Shown piece after piece: positions 25,827 through 38,572 of a DNA stretch of 64,000 bases. Source of the stretch: Tubiluchus corallicola. Its lineage: Eukaryota; Animalia; Priapulida. The stretch is from NCBI GenBank assembly GCA_030141605.1, contig JAQGDQ010000471.1, positions 111,297 to 175,296 on the forward strand. Reading direction: 5' to 3'. How positions within the stretch are numbered: position 1 is the stretch's first letter; each line of letters opens with the position of its first letter. Both the position numbers and the translations under genes were made by a program. The notes under the pieces are model-generated. The model saw only the letters and a program-made list of their open reading frames with translations. It searched no databases and was not told the DNA's origin.

Positions 25827-27455
25827 GAATGAATAAATGAAAAACATATCCCAAGTATAGCAAGCAAGGAAGAAAAAATAGGAGGAACGAAAAAAAGAAC
25901 TTCTTTTTCAGAGTTCTTCTAGCAAACAAAGTGACTTACGCTACTTAGGGGTTAGATTTCGCTCAAGTGACGTCCGTGGCATGGGCCTAAATAAAAAACT
26001 TTAAGTTCATGTGTTTTATGTTTTATAGTTGCAACTGGTAACTATTATAACTATAATCAATATTCTGCAATAAAAACAAAACGTGTTCTCGAAGATACAG
26101 AGGAATGTATGTTTTCGGCCATTTGCCAATTTTTAGTTTAACTTTAATCTCCCTATTTTTATTTTGTTTTCGAGGAAGTTTTCAAACTCTTATTGGATGT
26201 TTTAATGGGCGTTCTTCGACAGCCCTACTCTACTCTAACATGACCCCTCTTCCCAATTATGCTGAGATTAGCTATGCAATACAGCTAGATTAAAATCGCC
26301 ATCACAAAAACATAATTTTTTTATCACATCAATTTTATTTTTCGTTATAAACATCATTATATCAATTTTAATATTTACTTCGTACACATCTTAGAAATAT
26401 GGCGTAATTAAATAAACACGCTTTATTAAATGAAAATTTGAGCGTAATTTTTGTTCCCGCACTCCCTGCACAAAGAACTGATGAAATGATGGTATAGAAA
26501 TTAAAGTAGCATGGATTATATAACAAAACATTGTATGAACAACAACAAAAAACAAAAAAGCAAAAAAAAAATATTGTTACGAATAAAACAATATGAGAGA
26601 AAAAATATTACTCATGTAATTACAACGTCAAAGTTTGGTAAAAGGCGGCTTTTGTTTGTGCTAGAAGTTTTGGCATTTTCGTGAAAATGAAGAAGGCGCA
26701 TTGTTGGGGCAGATCTTGTCAGGATCTTGATAAAAAATGCGTTCAATAAATATTGTCACCATGTTGGTAAAGTATCTGGTACTTAAATACAATTATGTCT
26801 TCTAATTTTTCAGTTTCACTTAATTTTCTTGAAAAGTCGGTCGTATTAGTTATCATTTTCAAATTATAAATTTAGGCTTAAGATATAGATTAAGAGAGGA
26901 ATTATAAATTTCATGTTTATACATCAGAGTTGCAGAAATACCTGAAGTCAGAGTCTTTAATCTGGAATTAAAACTGAATTGTAATAATGACTATTTAACT
27001 TACCAACCAAAATTTTAAATTCTATATCGTTGAGATAAAGGACACCATTTAAGAAAATAAATGTAGAACGAAGTCCTTTATTATGCTTTTAATTTCAATA
27101 TTACAAAATGTTTCTTAAGCGTAATAAGTAAGAAAAAATTAACAGCTAAAATAAAATTTATATAAGAAAGCAGCAACTGTCAGTCACAAAATTTCGGTCG
27201 AAAGTAAAAAATAACTGCAAAATAATTTTATAGCATAAATTAAATATAAAATTAAAAACAGTTGGAAATTAGCGGAACAAATTTGTGTAAAAGCTACTTG
27301 TTACTCTGAGTCACACATGCAACGCATTTCAAACAGATAAATACATTTTAATAATTGTTATTATTGACTAGATTGTAAATATAATATAATACACACTTCA
27401 TAAGTGTATAAATAAGTGAATTACTAGAAATAAGGTGCATAATTTTTATAATTTA

Positions 27456-27532
27456 CTATATAATTCCTCTAGTTCTGTTTGGATCAACTCCCAAGTTTTC
27501 CCATCGAATCCAAGACAAACGGGCGGTCAAAT
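27456..27532 (-). CDS. Fer2: Fer2-type bHLH factor, exon 2 of 2
   Basis: Acceptor atatttcag|AT, phase 1; DLTARLSWIRWENLGVDPNRTRGII* completes the conserved Fer2 motif WNTSDLTARLSW. Confidence 0.9.
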
Positions 27533-28269
27533 CTGAAATATAAACGAAAGATACACACTTCCATACAAAATGTATTTATATTTCCGTACAATAATACACT
27601 TTAGCATTTTCAATGGTGAAGTTTTCGATGGGTCACTTTTGCTCATTTTGGGTGATCAAACCCAAATGACCCAGTAAAAATTACGGTATATATTGCAACA
27701 GAACCGTCTGTCACACCGCAGTTTAGATCTACGTCCAACAAAAATCGTACTTGTGCCACGATTGACATTGAATGCCAGCTTTTGTTAGCAATTTTTATCT
27801 ATTGTACATATGCGGTTATTGAATTAAAATTTTATAATGTTGCGTCCAGTTTAACCGGTAAATATCAGCCAAAGACCGTAAAACGAAAAACAGGAAAACA
27901 TTATTAGAAACATTATTCTAAAATTCTAAATTACAGTTTGCATTAATTATAATGCAATGCATAGCAATGGAGGTCATCGGCTTATAAATTACAACTGAAT
28001 GATTCGAAAACCAAGGTTATTATAATTGCTTTGCTGTAACAAGTTTCTAAAATTCATGTTAATAACATTAAAACTGGCGATGCTACTATTTCTCCGTATA
28101 ACTCTGTTAAAAAAAAGATGTGATTTTTTACGAGCATTTGGCAATGGACAAACATGTGACTAAAATAAAAAAGTGAATATTTTCAGTTACATAATTTAAA
28201 GTAAATTAGAAAATTTCTTAAAGGAAGACAGGATGATTTTTTATACACAACCCCATTTTCAAGTCGGAT

Positions 28270-28815
28270 AAAAAATATACATTTTAACACAATTAATGCT
28301 GCGAAGGCGTTTTCTATATAAATTAATAGATTAAAAACTTAATTAACGGTGGGCGAGCACAACAATTGATAACATCACAAACTAACATAATTTTTAAAAA
28401 CAAAAACACTCCAAGAGCGTATTTAGTGTGTTGTACTAAAACTAGGCAAATTTTAAGATAAAAATTTAAATTTCCAATTAACCGCTGAACTCACACATGA
28501 GCTATCGTGCGTCGGTACTTCGTCACAAACTAACACACACATTTAAAGTGAGATGTACAGCACCTGTTTTTGTGCAGTGTGTTTCCGAAATACACGCGTT
28601 AGTGCCCGTCTAACTAACGAATGGCGAAATGCACATAGCAGCGAAGAACTAGTGGCGAGAACGTGAAATTGCGCTTGTGTGGTAATAATTCTTTCACGTA
28701 AGTCATTTTTGAAAAAAAAGCGTGTTTCCTTTCAATATTTTAAAGTCGATTAATCAGTAGATTATTTTGACCTACAGTTTAAGATTGGGTCTGGTTTTGC
28801 TTTAATGAAACCTTA
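28270..28815 (+). repeat. Dispersed repeat family B (~550 bp) in the Fer2 intron
   Basis: Collinear similarity to 33410-33990 (e.g. tagtgcccgtctaactaacgaatg, ggtaataattctttcacgtaa). Confidence 0.8.
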
Positions 28816-30437
28816 ACTCATACTCTGATTCATTCAATTTATAACTTTCCAGATTGATTACTATAACAACCTTTCTTGTACCAATTAGGTAAAGTTTAGC
28901 GAACTCTGAAATATATGTATCATTTTTTAAATTTTTAAATTTTTAATTTTTTAATTTTTTTATATTAGAAACGTGCGCTCCTATCTAGAACTGAGGTCTT
29001 CATTGTCGTGATTCTGTTACATTGGCGTCTCGTAAAAATTTGCATCAAGTTTAAAATTTTACTCATTGTTTTTAAAAGATGATGTGTAGTTTGAGCTCTA
29101 ATTACAAGTGAAAAAGAAAAAAAGCTTGTACATAAAACAAAATGCTTCACTTTTCGTGACAGATCGATACTTTTTAGGGCACAATCTTTTTAAACAATTT
29201 TAGCCTAAATTAATGTAATTTCCACATTTATTTGTAACTTGTGTAGTTGACTTGTGTTACAATGTGTCACTATGAAAAGCGCACATCTAAACCATGTCAC
29301 AACACCAGAACTTTATTAAAACTTGTAATTTATTAGTTCAAAAATACTGTCATACGTTTCGACAGAGCTACTGCTGTCATTATCAGTGGTAAATTTTTGC
29401 AAACATACAATCAGTGTGCAAATTAAAAGTTTTAATATAGTGGTGTTGTTTTAACTATAAATGTTTTTATCTGTTTGTGATAAAAAATAATCTATGCTAT
29501 TTTGTTTTCATATTTCTGCAAAGCTGGCGGTTTTTTATTGAAGAATGTCAAAAGTAAAAACTTACGTTATAATGAAATTTAGCTTATGAAATTTGTTCCG
29601 TACAATTAGGTCTATAATATGGTATGATTTATAGTATATTAAATGTTGCACGTTTAACGCGAAATCGATATATTTATGTAAAATGTAGCCTGACAAATAA
29701 TTCAAGAATTCTTCATTTTCCCCCACTTATTATTTGTTAAAAATATATTTAAATTAGTAAATTAAAAAAAGTAAAAATGTATTTCCAGTTACATTTATTG
29801 CTAAGGAAGTTCGATGCCAGTTTAGAAACCCTCTGTGATAAGAACGCAATAAATTTTTTGAATTGAACAACGTTTTTTGTTTCTCGTCGTTTTTTGAATT
29901 AATTAAAATTAAAATCAGATTAAATGAAAAGTATTTTTGATCGAATAAACATTCAAGTATACTGTTTTTGATAATTTTTGGAATCATACAAAATATTTTT
30001 TCTTAAGAAACCCTGAACATTTTAGCGTCCAAAACTAATTCTTTAGTTAAATTACGCGGCTCCACAATTATAGTACTCACAGTCTAATTTTACACCTTTA
30101 AAGTGCCATACGGGTTCACATTTTTAACGTTATTTTGACTGAAATAAAACGTAAATGAAAAACAAAAAAAAACGGCTTTGCTCTTTAGATTACCTTCGAG
30201 ATGCCTGATGTTTGAGCAAATTAGAATTGGCACATGTCAACATGAATGCGTTGTGTGCATTCATTATCAAGGAATACAGGAGCACTGCAAAAGCAGTGTT
30301 GACTCTGTGAAAAACGTGTTTTGCAGTTGAACAAGTTTGCTTAAATACAATATGTGAAACATCCTAAATATGATGTGAAACTACGATTTAATGTGTTTTC
30401 ACATTAGAACTGTTTTTAATGGGAAACTCAATCTTAC

Positions 30438-30978
30438 CGCTAGTGTTCCACACAGCGTTCTTTCCTTCTTTCGATCCAGCTTTTAAACAGCGTTCCACAT
30501 AGCTGAGCGGATCCGTGTTCGTATTCAGCATTTCCCGAAGTAAGGCGATGTAAGCAATCGCCAATCGTAAAGTGTCGATTTTGGAGAGCCGCTTCTCGTA
30601 CGGAAACGTTGGAACGTGGAGCCGAAGTTCCTCAAAAGCTGTGTTGATGCTCATCATCCGCTTCCGTTCCCGGATGTTCGCTGCGTGTCGCTGGAAACGA
30701 TACGGCGACTCCATGATACTGCTCCGTCTCCGTCGATGGGTGCGATCGTCGAGGGGGTCATTATTGGACCGGATGCCTCTATACCCAGGTGTACTGTATG
30801 CACAAGCGGGCAGCTCGGAAAAATCACATGAGTCTCCTGAGTCGGTGTCACCATCATCCTGAATCCGGTATGGTGACGTCAATGGAGCTTCGGTGTCCAG
30901 ATAATCAAAGATGAACTCGCTGGACCCTTGTTCATATTCCTGTCCATAACCTGGATATGAGTAAGTAGCTTCTCCCAT
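30438..30978 (-). CDS. Fer2: Fer2-type (48-related 2 / HLH-13-like; PTF1a/Fer family) bHLH transcription factor, exon 1 of 2; 205 aa in total
   Basis: [56 protein letters not shown] fits Fer2 (VPTFPY, KIDT, AIAYI) better than PTF1a (IPTLPY, AIGYI) or Fer3 (PTFAY, RIET); first ATG at 30978; donor AGC G|GTAAGA. Confidence 0.9.
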
Positions 30979-31273
30979 TTCGTTTTGAGTACTGTTTCGT
31001 TTTTTTACTGACACATGGACCTTTTGTCAGTGCTGGGTGGATTCTTCCATTTTGTTCCCCATTTTCTTTTTTTTTAAATCTGGGAGGTTTAAATACTTTC
31101 TGTATGTATTTCACTTTCCACACATAAGCTTTACTTACTTCTGAATAACTGTTCCTTTACCTCACAGCAAATTCGCTTAATTTGTGCTAAAAGACACGTG
31201 AAAACAGAGTTCTTTTTAGTGTAACATTAACGGTGACTGTTCAAGTACTTTGTCTTTACCAAAAAAAACAAAC

Positions 31274-31630
31274 TTTTATAACTTAGAACACAGATTCATT
31301 AGTCTTAATCAGTTCCGTTGACAGCAAGCTGAGGCTTTCTTACCCATCGGCCCACCTAACTCAAATCATCTACTTTGCGCGGCCCTGACCGTGCTAAGTG
31401 CCCAATAAAAGCCCTGCAAACAGAGATTTAATTTGTTCCAACAACAACATACATTTATCGGATTCTTCGTCAGCAAATTAGCAGAAGAAGTGATTACATC
31501 ACGAAGGTACAAAAACGCGCGCCACCTGATTGGCAGAGAAGAGGGTGGGGCGTGCGCGTCACGTGACTGCTAAGTGCTCGTGAGTGGCTGAGTCGACGGT
31601 GTGCATATGACAGGATATGAAGTTAATCAG
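31274..31630 (-). promoter_or_regulatory. Candidate Fer2 promoter and upstream regulatory cluster
   Basis: Minus-strand TATAAAA at 31274-31280; CACCTG, ATTGG (CCAAT), GGGTGGGGCGTG, palindromic GTCACGTGAC and CATATG within 31520-31610. Confidence 0.4.
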
Positions 31631-32835
31631 CCTAAAGCAGCTAACAGTGAAATGACACGATCAGATGCTGTTCAAGTCTTTAGATCAGACTTAATGGAAA
31701 ATGTACTGGAGATCAATAATCACAACAAAGCGAAACATGACCAGAAATGAGTTGTGTTATAAGCTGCTTTAAATTGTGCTTGCGTAATGCTTAATTACCA
31801 AAAAATGTCAGAAACTGACCGTCGATCTTGTTATTTATTTTCATTTTATTTACAAAGGTATCCATGCAAACAATAAAAAATAAATTATGTACAATAATTA
31901 ACGAGACAGGTTAAAATGGATACGTGAGAGACACAAAGAGTGAAATTACTACTTACATGTGTCTGCAAAAATACAAATGTGTTGAAAGTCAAAATTCATT
32001 AATGTTTAACTAAATAATTTACTGAATGCGGCATTTATCCCACATATTGTCATATTTTCTATATTTTTTATTGCTGTTTATTAAATGAACGTTCCACTTT
32101 ACCAATACAATAAAAACCTCCTATCTAATGATTTTACTTTAATTACTGCTACCGCTATCAGTATTATTCTTGTTATTATTAATATTAACTCTTATCGACT
32201 TTTTCTGCTAGCAATCTAGCGGTAAAAATGCCACCTTTTTGAAGCTAATTATTCAAATATAAGGAACAATTGTTAACTTTTATAGGCAAGAAAATGTAAA
32301 TTTTGTACAGTAAATTAAAATGAAATTGAGTCTAAACAATCGTCCGGTCTGCCTTTTAAAGGTTTTAAACCTCATTCTACAGATTTTGTTTTTACTATAT
32401 ATTTATATTATACTATACACTATACTATACTATACTATACTATACTATACTATACTATATATAGCATAGTGTATATGTTTACACTATATATAAAATTATA
32501 TATATATATATATACTTGTTTTATGGGTGTGTGTAGGACTATCAAATTAAAAATCTTTAAAACATTTTGATCCAGAACAAAGCTGCCAAAGCATTACAAG
32601 AAGTCTAAAACAATCCAGATAAACCCAAATGCTACTGAATTATTTTTTTGAATCGTAAGGTATATCACGTTTAAAAAATCACTTCTAAGATGAGCAAAAA
32701 TTAAACAATGTTTAGACTGCAAATTAGGCTGAAATTAGCGTCTATATAACTGGGATGTTAGGTGCTGCAAACCCAAAGTAATTATTTATTAAGTTTTCAT
32801 ACCAACTTTAACAAGCAGAAAATGTGACAATGCTC

Positions 32836-32905
32836 TAATACAGCCTAGGTTTGAACCAAGGACCTGCTGCTTAAGAAGCAGGTGCAGTTGCCTTAGACCA
32901 CTAAG
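32836..32905 (-). mobile_element. tRNA-derived SINE head, second copy
   Basis: TAGTGGTCTAAGGC...GGTTCAAACCTAGGCTGTATTA, same family as 6544-6605. Confidence 0.55.
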
Positions 32906-33409
32906 GTGCCGTATCATTCCGTGATCAAGGCAGTTCAAGATAGCATCAAAACTTAATTATGAGTTAAACATTAAGCAAAACAAGCACGTGCTTAGGGCTT
33001 CAGGGGAAGCGGTGCCCCACACAGTTTTTTCAAATCAAATAATCACCAAAAATTAAAATGTAACAGAATATGTCTGGCAGTTTCTATGTTTGTTTACAAT
33101 GTGATGGTACGGATGGTCATGGAGATTCTGGTTACTATAAAGCCTGAGCTGGTCACAGTCCACGTAATGACTGTAATTGATTATAACGTGTCATAATATA
33201 TTTCAAGTGTGGTAATGTTTATAAAAATGTGGTGATACTGAAAACAGGATAATGTTGCTTTTCATTATACGTATTTTGCAATATAATGTAATTTATTTTC
33301 ACATCAGTACAACAGTACAGATTATATACAAAATAATTAACATCATGTCAGAATAATTAACATAGGTCCCACCTCATTTACTTTCGAATTTTCATATACT
33401 AACCCGATA

Positions 33410-33990
33410 AAAGTACACATTTTAACACGATTAATATTGCAAAAGCGTTTCTGATTGTAAAATAATAGATTAAAATCTTAATTAACGGGGAGCGAGCCCA
33501 ACTATTCATGACATCATAAACTAACATAATTTTCAACAGCAAAAATATTTCACGAGCGCGTTGCATGCGTTTGCGAAAGCGAAAATTGCAGAACAGGGCT
33601 ACCGTAAGGTATTCAGTGTCTTGTATTAAAAATATGAATGTTTTAAGATAAAAATTCAAATTTCAAATTTACCGCTGTGCTCACGCATGAGCTGTCGAAA
33701 GTGTGTAATTCGTCAGAAACTAACACATCTGAACTGCGAGGTACAGCACCTGTTTTTGTGTAAAGCGTTGCCGAAATGCAGGCGCTAGTGCCCGTCTAAC
33801 TAACGAATGTCGAAATGCATGTGACAGTGAAAAACTAGTGGCACGAACGCGAAATTGTATTTGTCTGGTAATAATTCTTTCACGTAAATCATTTTTGAAA
33901 AAATAGCGTATTCCCTTTCAATATTTTAAAAGAGCAGATTGTTTTGAAATGCAGTTTAAGATTTTGTCCGGTTTTGCTTTAAATAATAAG
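33410..33990 (+). repeat. Dispersed repeat family B, copy upstream of Fer2
   Basis: Direct repeat of 28270-28815. Confidence 0.8.
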
Positions 33991-35733
33991 TGCAAAGTAA
34001 ATTATATACTGATAATTATCAATATTGTAATAGGTGAAGCGGCAGCAGCTACAATAGATGTTTCAGAGAGAATTACTGTATTTGAACAAAATGTTGCCTT
34101 TGTATTTATTTTTAAATTTCTTGATTGTAGAGAGGATTTTTTTTCAATTCGCCATCCAATTTTTTTCAAAGCCTTGGACCTGCATTTACAACGAACTGGC
34201 GTGCCATTTTATCACATGATGGTGACGATGACTACAGTAAATAAATCTTACTGCAGTTTTTTCATTTCGAAAGATAAAAAATTTCATTTTACAGTTTTTA
34301 TTTTGAATTACATATAATAGCGTACCATAAGCTTCTCAGTTTAGGCCTCCTGAGGTCTTAATTCGGCCAAGGTTTGTAGCATCATTAATAATTATAATAA
34401 TTAGTCTCTATTAACGTTCGTGTCAAGTAGACGCAAGTTAAAAATTTGTGGCATTTAACTTTAAAAGTGTTAAATTGCATTTATTTAATTAAATTTTAAA
34501 ACATAAAACAAGGACAAAAAAGTGTATATCCAGCAAGAATGTTTAATTTTTTGAAATGTCACATCGTTCTTTGGGTTTGATTAAAACTTCAAAAACCATG
34601 ATCCAGGTAAATGGCTGAATAGGAGCAGCAGCAGCTTTGCGATCACAAAGAGCGTGTTTCTGAAGTGTATTACCAGATATTTAGTTACAGTAATTCACAG
34701 GAGATAGCGCCACAGTCAACGCAGCTGTGGCATAGGGAAATTCCTTTTGTTCATCTGCCTTACAAATATTCCGTATCCCGTTATAATTTTCATAAATTGG
34801 CGATTTTCAAATACGAGTAATGTGACGAAATTTCAAATAATTACCGTGCTTGACAAAAAATTGCGAATGCACTTGTGGCCATAGATATTGCGGAGCACAT
34901 CTATGGAGCACGCTCTCTCGAATCAGCGGTCATAGTTGTAAGAGAAATAAAACTTTGCCATTTCACAGACCTGCGCTAGCAAAACAGAATGGTTGTCTGA
35001 GAGTTCGGCATGGTTCTGATACTGTTTCCTTTTCGTGAATAAAAACCAATGTCTAAGATATCCTTTAGTGTAGACAAACAATAATTTTTTGGCCAAGAAC
35101 AGTGGTAAATTTCGTTGTTATTTCAAATTTATCAATTCCATTATGCAAATTTATTTCAAAATTTTGCTGTTTCTATTATGCAAGTTTCGTATGTATTTTC
35201 CATAATAGCACTTCTTATTTGGCCCAAAGTTGGTAGTATTCGGTGAAAATAATAAGCAATTTTAATAGACATTTCATTTTGCCAAGTTATGAATGACTTA
35301 AATTTCCCTATAGGCTCTATAGCATAGCCAAAAAGACAATATAAGTGCTGAGTGTTGGTACAGACATGGCAAGATAGCGAAAAGGCACAAAAGCTAAACA
35401 GCTGATTAAACCATAATATGACGCCCGCTTTCAGTGTGAAAAAACACCGCAACTTTAATATTAGGCAATTGCTATGATCTTACAAAACTAATGAAATAGT
35501 TTTGCGTGTCTAAAGGAGCTCAGGTTTGTACAAAGATTGAATGAAATTACTGCTATGAGCTCCTCGAAAAATAATATCATTCCATAGAATTAATCAGCCA
35601 GAACAATGTTCATTGTCAAAGGGTGAGCACGTGATATGTTCACGTGAACATCTTATTCAAGCACGTGATTATGTTAATCGTACTATATAGAATTTTAGTG
35701 ACTCAGTCCGACGGTTTATAAATTTTATCACAC

Positions 35734-36140
35734 TCAAAATCGATCATCGTGGAAATCAGCGTACATTTTGTCTGTCGTCCAGTCGCTAACTAGCATTTCG
35801 TTCTTTTCAGACTTTACGGGTTCATGAACGTTAGTTGTAGATTCTACATTATTGACATCAGCAATTGCTTCTTTACTGCCACTCTTCTCAGCACCGCCCT
35901 TCAAGCAGCAGCAGTACATGATTAGGAATATAATAGCCATGCCCAGAGCTGTTGAACACACGGCAATGGCCACCAGAGCACCTTGAGCTAATCCTTCTTC
36001 TTCCGGTTCCGTTTCTATTATTTCTGTGGCAACCGTCTCACAGCTTTGTAGTTCCGCATGGTAATATAGGTCTTCTACACAGACATTGTAAATCGTATCA
36101 TCATTGAGTTGGGTTATTAAATATTCGAAAACATTTGGCT
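35734..36140 (-). CDS. Multi-cassette LRR-FN3 receptor (gene 2), terminal exon: FN3 C-half, TM, cytoplasmic tail
   Basis: Acceptor ctctttacag|AG, phase 1; EPNVFEYLITQLNDDTIYNVCV (FN3 strands E/F); TM GALVAIAVCSTALGMAIIFLIMYCCCL; tail ends YADFHDDRF*. Confidence 0.85.
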
Positions 36141-36498
36141 CTGTAAAGAGAAAAGAAACAGAATAATGAGAATGCACATGGTGAATAACTAAGGATAAAG
36201 AAGCAAACTGTTTGTGTCATGTCTAACAGAGAAGTTGCCAGATTATTTGACTGCTCTCTTAAAATTAGCTTTAAAAAACTGAAAGTATGTGAGGCACAAT
36301 GTCTTTTCAAGGAAAGTCAAAGATCTAGTCAACGTTCCACTGAACGCAAAATTAACCCCTTCCCGTCTCAAATTATATGTGGTATGAATAAAATACATAA
36401 AATACAAATTAGATAAAAAAGAAGCAAAAATTGCGTCATTCCAAGAAGGCCTTGTCGATCAATGACAGGCTTTTAAAAATCTTCTGGATTGTGATTGC

Positions 36499-36960
36499 GT
36501 ACTGTGTGTAGTTTGTATAGTGCGTGAAGTACAGAAGCTAATGCACAGGCAGGCTTGTGCCGCCGTACTGTGTGTAGTTTGTATAGTGCGTGAAGTACAG
36601 AAACTAATGCACAGGTAGGCTTGTGCCGCCGTACTGTGTGTAGTTTGTATAGTGCGTGAAGTACAGAAACTAATGCACAGGCAGGCTTGTGCCGCCGTAC
36701 TGTGTGTAGTTTGTATAGTGCGTGAAGTACAGAAGCTAATGCACAGGCAGGCTTGTGCCGCCGTACTGTGTGTAGTTTGTATAGTGCGTGAAGTACAGAA
36801 ACTAATGCACAGGTAGGCTTGTGCCGCCGTACTGTGTGTAGATTGTATAGTGCGTGAAGTACAGAAGCTAATGCACAGGCAGGCTTGTGCCGCCGTACTG
36901 TGTGTAGTTTGTATAGTGCGTGAAGTACAGAAGCTAATGCACAGGTGGGCTTGTGCCGCC
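36499..36960. repeat. 66-bp minisatellite, 7 near-identical copies, intronic
   Basis: Unit gtactgtgtgtagtttgtatagtgcgtgaagtacagaa(g/a)ctaatgcacagg(c/t)aggcttgtgccgcc; 462 = 7 x 66. Confidence 0.95.
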
Positions 36961-37042
36961 ATTAGCTGCGGTACTGACCAAGAAGACTGGCAGCAATCCA
37001 GACAGATCAACCCTGTACCGTTTTGTTGTATGGAGAACAAAC

Positions 37043-37148
37043 CTGTAGTATCAGAAAACCACTCCTGACTGCTTGCGATTTTCCACTTGACCCTGAACCC
37101 TTCGTTTACGATGCCTGTAGACACCCACTGTAGATAAATCTCATCAGT
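37043..37148 (-). CDS. Gene 2 exon: FN3 N-half
   Basis: Acceptor ttatcacag|ACT, phase 0; TDEIYLQWVSTGIVNEGFRVKWKIASSQEWFSDTT; donor G|GTTTGT, phase 1. Confidence 0.78.
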
Positions 37149-37953
37149 CTGTGATAAGTTCAAAATAAATGTTTGTAAGGCAACTTCGCATTAGAATAAA
37201 TGCAATCTATGTCACAGGCAAAAATAAGAGAACGAGAAATATCCAGAACTGCTAGTAGCTTTTGCTAGGATGATTGTTACCAGCAGCGCAATGTCTAGAC
37301 TGATTGCTAAGTACACCAAGCTTTGCATTAAGCTAAATTTCTATGTAGTACCGTATACTGACATAGAAATTAAGGTCTAGTTCTAATAACAGCTCCATTT
37401 AAAGACATTAAATTGTGTAAACTTACAGAAAACTGACATTTTTTATGGCAAAATGAACTTTAATTGAAAAGAACCACGTTTCTTTTACATTCGATCAGCA
37501 CAGTGATGTTTGATTCCTTCATGTGAACACGAATAGCGATCAGATTTTTCAACAAAATTCTTGCTAAGATTCTGTAGATGGAAAGAAGGTCTACAAGTCT
37601 TATGTTAAAAAGAGAACAGAATTTTGTATAGCCTTGCTGTAAAATTCTTGCTTTGTTAATCAAACCTGTTACTGTCATTTAAAAATTGCTGACTGGTTTA
37701 CAAGTGAATGACTTCAGTAGTTGCCTAATTAATTAATAAAGGTTTAACAATGGACAAAACAAAGCACACATGTAAGCTTGTTACTTACTAACAGTTGAAC
37801 GAACCTCAATGTAGCGCTGCCTAATTTTCAAGAGCAATTTAAGAAAGGACGTCTTAAAATGCCATGGACAAGAATTAATAATATTTAAGAAAGAAGGCAG
37901 TTTGAAACGCTATTAGCTTTGCAATATTAAAAGAGCACATAACGTGAAATTAC

Positions 37954-38126
37954 CTTTGCGAATATGTCTGTTATCACCAGCGTTGCATTTTTGCAGACAA
38001 GCTCTTCGTGTTCCAGGGAGTTCAATGGACGACCTTCCAACTCAGGAGGTGCTGCACATTCTCCTGTTATTCGTGATTCACCCGTTGCCATCCAGGTGTG
38101 TTTGCAGTCGCAGATTATTGGGTTAT
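37954..38126 (-). CDS. Gene 2 exon: last LRRCT
   Basis: Acceptor cttcattttag|AT; DNPIICDCKHTWM...GECAAPPELEGRPL...LVC...IFAK; donor AAG|GTAATT, phase 0; not in the ORF track. Confidence 0.85.
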
Positions 38127-38572
38127 CTAAAATGAAGAAGTTTCGTTCTCAACGACAACATTCACAGCAATTGTATTACTAGTCTGATTTGGCACCATGC
38201 AAAAGTAGAAAAGAAAAGGTGACGACTAAGAGAATACAATTGACACGTGGATGAAGGAGGCACTGATAAGCATAAAGATGAGATGAATGAGGAGGTAAAG
38301 AATAAAACTTTGGACAATAGTGATGGCAGAGAACTTTTGAAGAGAACAATAAAGACGAAATAGTAATTACAAGATGAGAACATGGTCAAAAAGGATGAAG
38401 ATGAGGATATCAAGGATGATTATGACAACAACAAGATGAATAGAAGAAAAACAGAATGGCAGTGTAGATGACTGTGATATCGCTGAAGAGAGTAAAGATG
38501 TGTTTAGTAGATGTACGTAGATGTACACATACTTGCACAGAATGACATAAACAGTTAGGTCAAATTAATTAC

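Noticed and set aside
30979-31014. ORF-track start at 31014 and stop at 30388 for the bHLH gene
   Set aside because: 31014 is a GTG and the first ATG is at 30978; the conserved C-terminal motif requires splicing at 30438
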